Origin: Lama glama
Lineage: Eukaryota
Direction of reading: 5' to 3'
Length of the DNA: 64,000 bases
NCBI GenBank assembly: GCA_028534125.1
Contig: CM052850.1
Span: 1,364,001-1,428,000, forward strand
Each line of letters begins with the position of its first letter. The stretch's first letter is position 1. Of the stretch, positions 37,701 through 50,660 are shown in pieces. A program made the position numbers and the translations under genes. Below the pieces are notes generated by a model, which was given only the letters and a program-made list of their open reading frames with translations, was not told the DNA's origin and did no database searches.

Positions 37701-40700
37701 GGTCGGAGTGCTGGGCTGGGGAGTGGAGAGCGAGCAGGGGGCAGCCAAGTGCAGCCGTGAGGGAGGGGAAGACACACGTGGTGGTGGAGCCGGTCGTGTT
37801 CAGCCCAGACCCTGGGGTCAAGGGCCTGGGTTTGAATCTTGGCCCCGCCATCTCCTGGGGACATTGTGCAGACTGAATTAGCTATGCCCACAAAAATGCT
37901 TCCAGCAGTGCTCGGCACAAACTCTGAGTGTGCAGAGCGTTTGTTACTGTTAATGCCTCTTCTGCACACATGCAGGTGGCGTGGCTCTGAGATGATCGCC
38001 TAAAGAATAAAAAAGCATCTCTCAGATTTGCAGTTGAAATAAAGGTTGTCTCTGGGGAGTGGAGAGGGGGAGGGGAAGGGGGAGGGAAAAGTAAAGGAAG
38101 GATATTTCACTCTCCCTTATTTTCATGTTTGAATTTTTTACTATCACGCGTTACTTTCTAAAAGAGAACACGGCTGGTAAAAATGCTTCCACCGATAATA
38201 GAGCATGCGCACTTGGGGAAAAACAAATCAAAACCTGGGGCATCTGTGTTTATTCTAATTCTCAGGAAACCCAGAGTCAGTCGTCTGTATGCAACCCACA
38301 GACCGGAGTGCGTGCAATGAGGGGCGGGTACGGGGCCAGTTTCACAGACTCCCCTTGCTCCTTCAGCCTATGTTTCCATTATGGGCAAATGTGTTATAAT
38401 TTTGATCTTCATAGATGACCTGGCAGGCGTTTTCAGACCTCAGCTCTGCCGAGGGCGCCTCTCAGGTTCCTCCCTGCTTCGACAGGCCATCCTTACAGGA
38501 GTCTGCAAGCAGGACTTTCCTTTCAGAGATTCAAGAGTGGTGGGGACTCTGTGAACTTCACTCACGGGTGGAACCTGGGGCTGAGGAGAGAAGAGGGAGA
38601 GGTGAGCAGCCAGCATCCTTCCAGATGCGAGAAGACAAGCTGTCTCCAGCGTGTCACCCTGGGTGGCCGTGCCTCTCCCGTCTCACTCAGCCCTAAGTTT
38701 TCCATGTCAGCTCTACCAGGCTCTTTTTCCTTAGCTGAGATTTAGCTTTCTCACCTCTGAAATGGGCCTCATGTTCCCTCTGTTCCAAGGATGTGGGGAG
38801 ATCTAATTAGCTTTGGCCTGAAATGTATCACATAGGCTTCTGGGGGCAAAGTGTGAAATGATAGAGAACTGAGGACGGGGGACAGGTCGGGTGACCCGTC
38901 ACTGGGTTTGGAAGAACCCAAGTGTCTGTGGAGGTACTTAATTCACATTTAGACTTAACAGCCCACTAGGAAAGAGTCCAAAACGAGCAAAAGTTCATTG
39001 TTTTACATGTAACTTTAGATAAAGACAAGGGTATGCTTGGGCGGACAACAGGGACACAGGAGGAAACCTGCCAGGATGTTGTAAGCAAAACTGCCATCCT
39101 TCTCTTGCAGGTCTCTGTACAGGACAAATAACTAGCAGATGTTGATGTCCAGCCTAAAGTTCCAGGAACAGATGCCTTCCAGGGCCTCCTACCTTTACAC
39201 CATGCCTGTGTCCTACCGCAGTGTCACACATCTCCCCGTCTCCCCTCTCCCAGCACTGAGCCAGATCTTGGCCAGGGGCAGGAAGGGGGCAGCCTCCCGC
39301 CAGCCCAGCCTTGCACTGGCTCCATCTCTTGTATCCCTGACAAATGGCACAGATGCCTTCTGTCTTGTTCTCCTATGCTCGGAAAGAGGTTTACCCAGGG
39401 CCAGCGCAGCCTCACATGAGGGAAGAGCAGAGTTCAGAGCTCACATAGTTCCAAATGTAAACTGATCCAGGAAATGAAGAGGCAAAGACAGCTGGCATCT
39501 GCTTTTCAGGGCTTTCTTCTGTTCTCATCCCGCAGCAACTAGACAGTGCAAGATGGGCCGAGGTGTCGTTCCACCTGACAAACAAATCAGGGGGTTCGCA
39601 CACCACCGTGCTATCTTCTTGTCCCTGTCTGTTGGGTGGGCGATGGGGAAAAGAAAGGATTTCCATTTCCTGAGAGTTCTTCATTTCCTTGTGGAAAGGT
39701 TCTTAACAGCAGCACTGGGTGTGTGTTATGAAGAAGTTCTTATTTTACTAACGTAATCTGTTGGTAAGTGTGGCGTTAGGCCTTAAGGGACCCAGGAGAT
39801 GCCCTACCTCCCACTTCCAAAAGAAAAGGATATTTTTGGAGATGTGATAGAATTATTAAAATTGTTTAATGAAATCAATTATGTGGTAAAGTCAATTTTA
39901 CATGTTCTGTAACTGGAATTAACAGTCACGTTTTTAAGAGAAAAATCAAGATCAAAAGAAAATTCTGTATTTGAACAACTCAAAGAACAATGACATTTTA
40001 ATCATGCCATCTCTGTCCAGCTGTTTTCTGCTGGCCTACGTACACCAACTTTGTTCATGTTGACACTAGCATAGTTTTCCATTGCAAGTCACACACATTC
40101 CTTCAATCATGGGCTGAAATGCCACTATTATATTTGAAGTCATTTGAGCTTTTCCCCTCTACTCCCAACCCTTAAGCATTTTATTTATGCTCCACCATTA
40201 AATCTTGTTTTGATTATGTGATGCTTCCCTTCAGGAAGAAGGTTCCTTTCAAAGAGAAGGCAATTGATCAAATGGAAGGAGTCAGAAAAATCTCATAATG
40301 GGGAAGGACCTCCAAGACCACTTGATCTAACCATCCAGTTACAGTTGAGGAAGTTGAGGACTAAAAGGTTAAGTCATTTGCTTAAGGTTGCATGGAGTGA
40401 GCAGTAGAGAGAGCAGAGGCTGTATCTCCTGACTCCCCTCCCCCTGCATCACCAGGATGCTGCCAGCTAGCTTTGGCTCATTCATGCCTGAGTGAATTAG
40501 GAGTGTCTTGGCAGGAGGCAGGCACTAGCTTTAGTGTATTGCCTGGATCTTTCCATTTATAGCCAGCCAGAAAGGAGGAGAGGAATGTGAGAGGGCAGAA
40601 AAAGAAGGAAGCTGCACATTCTTGGCATGTTGGAAGATTCTGGAAAGGTTTTAGACCCAGCATGTTTAGGCAACTGAAATTGTCAGACCGAGTGATGAGG

Positions 40701-40849
40701 AGGGGAATGTGACACGGCAGGTGTCCCCCGCCATTCTCTCTGGTAGCTCCCACTCTGGTTTGCCCTCCAGTTCTCTCTTCTCAGTTGGGACACTCAGCTC
40801 AAGGTCTTGCAGAGTATGTTTTCAATGTTCCACCTCTGCAGTTTGATTG

Positions 40850-41185
40850 AGCCTTTCCCCCTTTCCTCCTTCAAGGCCCAGCTCAGAAAGTCATGTCCTT
40901 CACGAGGGCCCCCCTGCAATATTCTATTGAATTTATCATCTCTCTTCCCTGAGGCGCCCAAGCACTGGGCTGCGGCACCGAGGTTCTGCCATAGGTGACT
41001 TCAGTGCATTTTTTCTATCCTCACCAACATCCTCCACTCTCTGCTCTGCCCACCACCCCCACAGCCAGCCCGTGTTATCGGTCAGAAGCTTTTAGAGGGC
41101 AGGTGTCTGTCTTATTATTCGTTTTCATATTATCTGTAGCACATGGCACAGACCCAGACCACTGTGGGCACTTAAACTGAATAGA
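40850..41185 (+). mobile_element. L2 3' fragment
   Basis: tccttcaaggcccagctca...agcttttagagggcaggtgtctgtctt...tagcacatggcaca. Confidence 0.6.
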
Positions 41186-41791
41186 ATATTAGCTATGAAT
41201 TGTAGCAGTAGACCTGATTTTGTTAGTGAAAAGTTGCTCAGGTTTTAGAGGTCGGGTTTTCAGACATATCCAGTTTAATCTAGATAACTCCATCTTCCGT
41301 TGCCATAAATAGACACTGGCAGCTGGAGGGAAACTTAGCACCCTCAGAAGGTGAGCATTTCTCACCTCCTTGGTAGTTAACTCTGCTTGTTTATATGCTG
41401 TGAACTCAGATAGTCTTAACCAGTTGGCTCAGGCCCACAGTTTATCCAGCTGGTCTTGTCTCTGGCGTGGGGTTAGTGGGTTCCATGGTCTAATGGGAGT
41501 CAGGTCTGAGCACAAGTTTAAACAAAAGATTTGAGATCCAGGACAAATGCCCGGTGATGATGCTACATGTCTGTGCTCTGCAGTTTAGCAGGTGCATGCT
41601 AAACTACCCACCGGGCTGGGTGGTGTCCTGGCACCCACTCTAGTGATTCTGACTGGAAAGCCTTCGGAGCCAGGGAGATGCTTAGATGCACCTAGCATGC
41701 TGGCTATTCACCAGAAGTGGCTCTAAAAGTCTGCGGCTCTCTCTGACTTACAGAGAATAGTACACAGCATAACGGATTAAGAATGAGGAGT

Positions 41792-42003
41792 ACAGATGCA
41801 AATTACTATGTACAGAATAGATAAACAAGGTCCTACTGTACAGCACAGGGAACTATATTCAATATCTTGTAATAACCTATAATGAAAAGGAATACGGAGA
41901 AGAATATATATATAAATGTATGACTGAATCACTCTGCTGCACACCAGACACTAACACAGCGTTGTAAATCAGCTACACTTCAGTTAAAAAAAAAAAGAAA
42001 AGA
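41792..42003 (+). mobile_element. Short L1 3' end with perfect 13-bp TSD, inside a MIR (about 41760-42230)
   Basis: TSD aagaatgaggagt at 41779-41791 and 42004-42016; aacaaggtcctactgtacagcacagggaactatattcaatatcttg; A-tail. Confidence 0.93.
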
Positions 42004-42446
42004 AAGAATGAGGAGTGTTTGGACAGAACTAAGTTAAAGTCCTGGTTCCACCATTACTAAAGGAATGATGTAAAACAAGGTACCTCATGAAGTCTCATTT
42101 TTTTAAAAAAAATCTGTAAAATGGAGTCATCGCCCACTTCATGGCATTGTTCTGGGGATCCCATGGAATTCTGCCTCTCTCAACAGCGTCAGTCACAGAG
42201 TGAGAGCTCAGTACGTGCCGGCTAATGTGAGCGGACTAGTCCCACGCGCTTAGCAATAGGCACTCAGCGTCCCTGGAAGCAGCTCTCCACTGGCCCATCG
42301 GTTCTGGCTTTTAAGCAGGAAGCACTGCGCACGACAGACTCAGCTGAACCTACTCTGCCCTCAGTGGCACGCTGAGATTTCCAAAAGGAAGATTCAAGAA
42401 GTAGAGAGGATGATGGTACAACTCTGGCTGTCAAACCCTTTCTCCA

Positions 42447-42582
42447 GGGGGAGGGTGTGGCTCAGTGGTAGAGCCCGTGCTTAGCATGCACGAGGTCCTG
42501 GGTTCAATCCCCAGTACCTCCATTAAAATAAATAAATAAACCTAATTACGCACAACCCCCGCAAAAAAAACCAAAAATCCCA
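42447..42582 (+). mobile_element. tRNA-Ala(AGC)-derived SINE (Vic-1-like)
   Basis: A box tggctcagtgg, B box ggttcaatcc, family tail taaataaacctaattac, TSD aaaccctttctcca (42433-42446) / aaaacctttctcca (42583-42596). Confidence 0.93.
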
Positions 42583-42829
42583 AAAACCTTTCTCCAAGTG
42601 CTGAGGCTGGAAGAAGGGCAGTAGATATGTCGTCTCTACAGCAGGGGCTCCATGGGTTAGAATAGCAGCATGACCTCAGCAGGCCCAGAGACGCGCTGTG
42701 AGCAGGGTGGGGGCCGGGGCTGAGGCTGGGAGCAGACGCGGCTGCAGGAGACCGGGCCAGGGCTGCATGTCTGATCTTGGCCTCGTTAGCATCCCTCCCA
42801 AGCAACCCACGTGATGCACACTGATGAGT

Positions 42830-43780
42830 TCATTCAGTCAGCAGAATTGCCTGTTGTGTGCCAGGCACTGAGCACGTGGAGTTTTCGTTCAAGTTGGGAA
42901 GACAGATGTCAATCAACCTGCCACAAGAATAACAGTAAGGTACCGATCCTCAAACCTTAGGGTGCGTTAGAGCCCCCTGAAGGGTTTGAAAAATCACAGA
43001 GTTGAGGCCTGCCCTCAGCTCTGATTCCGCAGGTCTGGAGGGGGGCCCGGTCTTTTGCATCTCCTGGTGAGTTTCCAGGAGATGCTGATGTGTTCGGTCT
43101 AGAAACTATGGTTGGAGAACCGCTAATATATAATGACAAACTATGGTAAGTTCTTTGGGGGAAAAATACTGGGAGTTCTGGGAGCGTGTAGCAGAGGGTC
43201 CTAACTCAGACTGGAAGAGCCTCAGAAGCCCTCTCTGAGAAAACAGCATTTAAACTGAAATCTGAAGGTGAATAGGTGGGAAAGAGTGGGGGGAAGATAT
43301 GGGGGCCGCGAGGAGCGAGGAAGCGTGGTTTGTTGGAGCAAGGAGGACAGTGTGGCTGGAGCAGAGGAGGTGGTGGCAGAGCAATTCAGGTAAAGCCAAA
43401 GGGGCAGGGGTCACGTTGTCATCAGGGCCTGGGGGGATGAGCGGAAAGGTTGCGGGTTATATGCTAAGTACAGTAGGATGCCTTTGCTGCACAGAAGAAT
43501 GACGTGTTCTCATTCATAGTTTTAAAATTGAGCTTATTGCCACTGTGTAAAGGGTGGATTGAAGAGAAGCAAAAATGATAGCTGGAGAGTGGTTAGGGTG
43601 TTTTTACGGAAGTCCAGGCTAAAAATGGTGGCTTGGACATGGGTGGTGCCTGTGTTGGCTGAGCGGTAAATCTGGGATATTGTTTGGAGGCAAAATGGAT
43701 AGAATTTGGTGTTATATTACATGTGGGAGAAAGAGAAGAAAAGGAAGGCATTAAGGCATTATGGGTAAGTGAGATGGCAC
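42830..43780 (-). mobile_element. L2 fragment interrupted by MER5A
   Basis: cattcagtcagca...tgtgccaggcactg; agtgtggctggagcagagg; gatggatagaatttgg-type motifs. Confidence 0.7.
42942..43124. mobile_element. MER5A hAT-Charlie MITE
   Basis: tcctcaaaccttagggtgcgttaga...tctgattccgcaggtctgg...tttgcatctc...ccaggagatgctgatg...ggagaaccgct. Confidence 0.85.
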
Positions 43781-46700
43781 AGCAGTCGGACAGTTCTGAT
43801 GATCGTCCTGAGAAAGTGATGAACATGTTGTGTCCCCATCTATGGACAGTCTTTATTTAACCTCATCCCTCATCCTTCCTCCCCCTTTCTCCTCTCCCAC
43901 CTTTGTCCTCATGCCGGTGTGTACCCATCAGTCACTTTTCTGGGCTAGTTAAGCCATCTCCTATGGCACTGGGCTCCCTGAAGATGAAGACACGGCTCTG
44001 GCAGGTTTGATAAAGACTTGTGGGCTTAGGTTCCCAGGGTGACAAACATGGTGGGAAGAAAGGATTGTCCACACATGTAGATGCTCTAGCCTTACAAGCT
44101 TTGTCTATTAAACTCTTAAAATATTTATCAGAGAAAGTTGAATACTGTCCTCCTTCTTTCACTGTGGCAACCCTGAACCATAGACTAACGTGCCTTTGTC
44201 TCTGCCAGAGAAGGAATGAAGCCAGTTCCAGAGTGGGAGTCTGGGGCTTCCTGGCTCCTGGGTATCTCACTAGGGCCTCTTGTTCGAGCACGCAGAAGTA
44301 GGGCAGGAGCTGCAATTAGGGACAGGAACAGGATGCTCGCAGCTGGAGGGCTGAATACCAGTGAGTCAAAGTGGGAGTTCCCATGGCAATGGTGATGCCA
44401 CCTCTTTTTTGAGGCCAGGAACCCAGTAATATGGGGATGAGTCAAGTGCTGCTTTGAAAATCTGTTGTATTTCTTCATTTTCATGTATCAGATTGGAAAG
44501 ATCTGTGACGACATGGTTCCCTGGCATCTGATAGAGTTTCAGATGATTTTCCAAATGGTAATGTGGTCTCAGGGTAGAGGCGCTAGACGTGCCATCTCAT
44601 AACGCGTCTTTTCCCGTTGTCCACTGCACTGTTCACGGAGAGTGATGGACTTCAAAGCAACAATGAAGTGCGATTTTTCTACTAGCTTAAAACTCTTTGT
44701 CAGGGCATTCCAAAATCTCCCAACTTTTCTGATTTTGGAAAATACCAAGAGAACGTTGAATAGAAAAGATCTTGCGGACTGTTTCTGAAAGATCTCTGAG
44801 AACTGCCTCTTTAGGGGGATGTATTTAGAAAAAGATGGTCCAAGCGTCCTCCCTAGGCCCCCTCTTCATGCCCCCTTGCTCGTCTGGTCAAACTGTGTGC
44901 CCAGGCCACGCAGGCACCCTTGCAAGAGGACTCAGAGAACTCTAGAATCATAGACTGTTAGAGCTGAAAGTACTTCAGTCAGAGAGAGATGAGCAGGCAT
45001 CTGCCTGAGGCTTTTAAGACTTCATTCAGGCAAGACCCTCCTATAATGCAGGACCTTAGTGTGGTCACAGTGGTCCTGTGACCAGCCATTAGCTTATAGG
45101 TCCAGGTCTCATGGACTGACTCACAACAACCAGGTTTGAAATAAAATGACATGTGAACTCAAATGTCCATACACGCATTTTACAATGGGGGTTACTCTAT
45201 TTCAGTGACCAGAATTCTCTCGTTTCTTATCCAGTATCAGAATATCAGAAGCTTGCTTAGCGATCAGAGTTTCAGGGCAGACGGAAGTGGGTGACCTCGA
45301 AGGATGTTTTGTCTGGGACAGAACCCCTGACGAACCATCCCTGACAGCGACAGGCAGTCTCTCAGGTTACAGCAAAGCGCTCACTTCCCCTTGCGCTGGC
45401 TGTTCCCTTCCCAGGGCCGCCCTGGGAAAGGAAGTGCTGGTAAGTTCTGTTCCTTTGGGGTCCACTCAGACCACATCCCTGCTGGTAACACGCTGCGCTT
45501 CATCGGGTTTCAGCTGTCTTGATCCTAATATCATTTGCGATTATGTCCACTTAAATCATACCCTGGCCACCTGGTCTCCTGATTTACTGATGTCCCCTTA
45601 GGATGGGTTGATTGCTAACAGCGTCCCTTTTCAAGGGCACCCAATTTCTGTCTTTTTACAGGAAGCCCACTAGAGCCTCTTCCAGAGCTGCGGAAGGACC
45701 AGCAACTCTTCCAGTCCAACACTTAGGACACAAGTTCCCAATGCGATAGTCCTAGCCTGCTTGGCTTGAATGCTGCCAGTAGTGGAGAGCTCACCACCTT
45801 CGGGGTTCTTAGTCCTTTCCACCAAGCTCCTAGGCTGAGAGGGATAAAGCCATGAGAAGACACACCAGTGCACTTGTGTGTGCAGCACCGGCCCCATGGG
45901 TGTGGTCTTCCCCTAGGTGCTGCAGGGGACTTGAGAGAGGAATAAATGAGATCAGGAACGGGCAGCTGGCTCTTTCCGAAGTTCTGCAGGGAAGGAGGGC
46001 TCCGACTTTGACAGCCTTGGTGGTTTGTACCCTTAGCGCCCCTGGAGCTTGCTCAGTCACTACTTCTGTCTATCCAGGGTTCTGAGCATTTGCTATTTTG
46101 ATGACAGGAGCCAAACCACATGAAGAGCTGTAAGGGCAAGGTTGGGCACAGCATGGAGGTAATAGCCGGCTGCTAGGGCCCCATGAGGCTGTCAGAGTGT
46201 CTGAAAATCCCACCATGCTTTGGTTATAGCATTGTCTCCAAAAGGTTCTATGATAATGCAAATCATTTACAGTGAAATCGGTGACAGATGAAGATGTAAA
46301 TGGCTGAGCAAAGAGCCAGGACCCTAAGAAGGTGGGGCCCAGGTGCCGGAGCCCTGATCGGGAGGATGAGGCGCTGTTCTGAAGGGAAGAGTGGAAATGC
46401 TGAGCGATGATAAGTGGGTGGTAATGGTGACAGGACACGGCTCCCAAGGACATCCCCTTCCCCAGTCCTCAAAACAGATTTCCGCGGTGTGCCTTCATTG
46501 CCAGTTTTGCCGACACAATTCTGGAAGTAGTGCGCTCCCCCTCCAGGTTGATCTTGAGTGGGCAAATCCCGGCTGTACCGCTTAACAGCTTTGCGATCTT
46601 AAGGGACGAAATTTCTCCAGGCCTTCGTTCAATCTGCTTTAAGAATGAGAAAATAATACATACTATTTGGGAAATTACATGAAATTACATGTAGCATGTG

Positions 46701-48532
46701 TCATGTGACAGACATGCAGTCAGTGGGAATTACCCTTTCTCCTTTTATTTCTGGGAGCAACTCCCTCGAATGTGTCCATCAAGAATTCCTTTTACTCCAC
46801 TCCCAGGAGTCTTCTCTAGGCTTAAAATTGTTCCCTCAAGTGTTCTGGGGGCTGAATTGTGATCAAGCCAAATAGCAAAGGTGAATTTTGACAGATTAGA
46901 ATTGGGCTTTGAAAGCCAGGCATGCATTTTTCTCACTAAAGATAACTTACATACTTTGAATTATAAAATCGTGGTAATAATTCTTTCCTTCTGCCTTCCT
47001 TCACCCTTTTTCTTTCTTCCCTTCATCATCAAGACCTCCAGCCTGCAGGGTATCTTTGGACTTATGTCAGCTTTTCCTCCCAAGTTCTCCACAGCTGGCC
47101 AGGATGGTCCCCTGATCTCACAGTTGATGGGTGGGAATGGGGACGCCGCCTTGTCCTCCTGGACACTCTAGATCGTGGCTCTTGCGTGGTGTGTGAGGGA
47201 GCAGAGAAGAAGGCGGACCTGGATTATCATGTTCTCCAATTTATTTATTCAAAGCACTTACGTTCTGAGGAGGATGACTATGGATGCTGGACTTGTGCGG
47301 GTCTCATGCACCTTTACGGGCTTGGTGTTCACACAATGCCTGGTGCACGGCAGGAATTCAGTAAATGAAGGGCGAATGAAAGAATGCATGCATGTGTGTG
47401 ATTGGGGCCCCGCGGGGCGGGATCCCATCGCAAGAACTGGAAAGAACCGCGCTCTGGAGCCTCCAGTGCCAGCAAGGGGGCCTCCTGTTGGGGACTGAGT
47501 CCTGCCTCTTCCAGCAGGGTCAGCCCGGGGATGGCGTCTGAGCCTTTCTCCCAGAGCGGTGAGCCTCCCAGGTCTCCCTGCCGGGCTCCCAGTCGGCAAG
47601 GCCAAGATGCCTTTCCAGCAAGAAATCAGTACACGTTCCCTTCCTTCTCCAGCGTTCACGTTGCAGCTCTGGAAATCGCACGCCCTCTTCACACCATGCA
47701 GACAGGGCATTTCTCCTCTGGCTTTTACATCCTAGGCCCGGGCCACCCGCTGCTGCAGTGGATTTTGGCTGTTTTATTTTTTTCCCTCTATGGCTTTGAG
47801 TGTCAACTGCACCCTCAGTGGAGACACAAACGTGCAACCACACAGCTCACGCCTGCCCCGGAAGCTTGCCGGGAAGTTAAACAGACAATAAAATGCGGGC
47901 TTCAAATATGTCAGGGTAGAAGGCATTTAAAATTCTCAGCGGGGGCTGGAAAGAGAATGCTTTTAAAGTCTTTTCATTTATTACTCTTCCCTTGCCTTCA
48001 GCATCTGAGCTGCCCGAGAGTCGTCCTGCCCCTCCTTGGTCTCTGTGCCCACTTAAGGATGGCTGGTCCTTTTGTGAGCAGTCAGAGTTTGAGATGTTGG
48101 CTATGACTGTGGACCATTCCTCCCAGGCTGCCTAAGGAAGCCGAGGTACCTAAATTTGGCAGCAAACATTTGCAAGCCTGCTTTCAAATCTACCGTGCAG
48201 AATGGTGTTATTAAGTTGATGATTCAGGATTGCAAACCAGCAGCTCTGTCCTTTGGGAGAAATATAATCCATTTGACAGGTTTCACTTGGGCTATTTCTG
48301 AACACAGACATCAGTGCCCAGGACAGTGTGGATGATGAAGCAGGTGAGGCTGGGCTGTGGGTCAGCAGCTGCTGGCAGGACTCCCCCGGTCACGCCCTCA
48401 CTGCCCGCCTCGGTCTTTGCAGCCGACGTACCCGGGGCAGCACGAGCGCCTGCTGTGTTCACATTACTGTCCCCTTCTCCTGTTCGGACCTGACCTGGGT
48501 CACGGGCTCGCCTAAGCGTGACGTGAGGAGAA

Positions 48533-48584
48533 ACTTCCATGACTTCTAAGGACTCACTTCCATGACTTCTAAGGACTCGCTTCC
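48533..48584. repeat. Perfect 23-bp tandem duplication
   Basis: acttccatgacttctaaggactc at 48533-48555 and 48556-48578, then gcttcc. Confidence 0.97.
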
Positions 48585-49719
48585 TGATCCTCTGCTGGGG
48601 CTGTCATTTCAAGGAAAAGCTATGCTCATTAGCTGATGAAAGGATCAGGACTCGAATAGTGAATTCCGTCGGTCAGGCGTCGAGGGCTCACCAAAACTCA
48701 AGACCTCAGGAAGCACAATTTCGTCCTTGTACCTGGATCGTGTGGCAGGAGCAGTGAAGGAGAGGAGTTTGGGGTTTGTTTTGTTAAAGGTAAAGAAGCC
48801 TGCTGAAATGCCCCTTCTCTTGCTCACGCTGTGGAAGACCCTTTGTTCCCGGGGCTTTCTAAATTATCTGGGCTGCAAGGCTGGTCTGGCGCATTATGCA
48901 AAAACGTTTAGCTTTTCTCTGTCAACCACCCCCCTTTCCATCTCCTTTTATTGCTATTTGTCCCACTATATTCACACTAGTACAGGGATCTTAGAGACAA
49001 AGAATACAAATATCTTTGTGACTCTGATCTTTCTGTGCTGGGTACAGCTCCTTGAAACACTGGGGAGCACAATGGATGGTCATTGATGGTGAAGGAGAGA
49101 GACAGAAATGGTTTACCAGTAACTCACTCAGCGTCGCCAGAATAAGTGATTTCCATCCCCACCGCTGCCTGTGCGTGCACCTACACACCCACGCATGTGT
49201 GCACACGCTCACACATGCAGATTAGGGCCAAACACACCATGTTGCTTATTATTTCAAAGGACTGAAAAAACCTGTAGAAGATGTCTTTGCTGGGTTGCCA
49301 CTGTTTTAACGAAACCTCGGGCTGAACTGAAAAGAAGAAAATGTATCACCATGTTGGGAGAATTAAGGAATAGGGCATTTGATGTATGAGTCCTGTCTTT
49401 TCAAGAAAGGTAGGTGAGGACACACTTTTCAAAAGAGGGGGAACTCCCTCGGGGATGATTCTCAGTGTGCACGTCCTCACTCACTCCTCCCAGCCTGAGT
49501 TGCTGGTGCAGTGAGCCAGTGTGTCATCTCTCAGAGCATCGGCGTGAAGAAAAAGGTTCGAGTCAACTGGTCTAAAAGAATAGGATGCTTTGGGGTTCAT
49601 CTACCATGCGGGGAATGGGAAAACTCAAGAAAAAATCATTTCCATTCAAATCTGGGATGTAACTGGAGTCCTGGCTCTATGCTGGTCAGCTATAGTGCAT
49701 CTTCAAAGAATAGCACTAG

Positions 49720-50660
49720 GGCAATCATTCATATGCTCAAAAATATTTTAAAAAAATTCCTGTGTCCAGAGTACAGTGCTAAGTGCATCAAAGACATAAA
49801 GATGATAATAACAGCAAACATTTTTAGAAAGCTTACTTAGGTATTAAATTTCCCAAGCATTTTCCGTATAATAATTTATTTTATCTAATTTAATCCTCTC
49901 AACAGTTCCATGAGAGACGCTCCAGTATCATCCCCATTTTACAGATTATGAATCAGGAGTTTGTGCTGTACAGTAAGGATAGAACACTCACAGAGAAAGG
50001 GATAAAATGCCGGAGGGGAAGATGCAATGGATGTGCTATGGTAGTTTGTAGGAAGGAAAGGTCACTACCAACCGGGAAGATCAAAGAAGGCTTCATAGAG
50101 GAGGTGGCGTCTGAGCTTGGTCTTGAAGGGTCAGGAAGGTTTCTGTATGTTTGGCTCTTTGCTTTGTCACAGGAAAAAAATGGGGGCAGGAAATGACTAT
50201 CATGGGGTGAGAAGGGGGTTGCAGGGCTGTCCCAGACAGAGGGCAGTGGGCAGACACGCAGGGGATCATTTGGTTGGGGAACAGCGGGACAGAGGCTGGA
50301 AGAGTAGAGGGAGGGCAAGTCAAAGTACGTCTGTAGTTTGGACTCAACCGTATTGACCTTGGGAGCCACCGCAGGTGAAGATCAGAGCTGGCTCCAGGGT
50401 GTGTAGTCTGGCGGCAGGGGGTGCAGTGGAACTGAGGGGTAAAAGCCTGGAGGGGATGCCAGAGAAGGGCCATTTGACGGTCCAGGGGTGAGGCAAAGAG
50501 CCGAGAGGTAGAACTGAGACTGGGAATCAGGAACAGGTGTGAGAGGTGACAAATGATTGGATGTGGGGGAGAAGGAAGTGGACAGGAAGAGTCGAAGATG
50601 ATTTCAAGGGCTTAATGGCTTGGTAAGGTGGGTGAACTTTTATGAATAGAAACGAGTCAG
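49720..50660 (-). mobile_element. L2 fragments interrupted by a MIR (about 49800-49950)
   Basis: gatcaaagaaggcttcatagaggaggtggcgtctgagcttggtcttgaagg (L2); atccccattttacagat (MIR). Confidence 0.7.

Noticed and set aside
42447-42582. Bona fide tRNA-Ala gene (also 22654 and 29917)
   Set aside because: TSDs, a shared SINE-specific tail and no adjacent T-run terminator identify these as SINE copies
47402-48106. 234-aa ORF
   Set aside because: Starts at TTG, no recognisable domain, composition typical of GC-rich non-coding DNA
48310-48330. REST/RE1-like site tcagtgcccaggacagtg (and a half-site at 15743)
   Set aside because: Mismatches in the key CAGCACC half; the 15743 site lacks the GGACAG half
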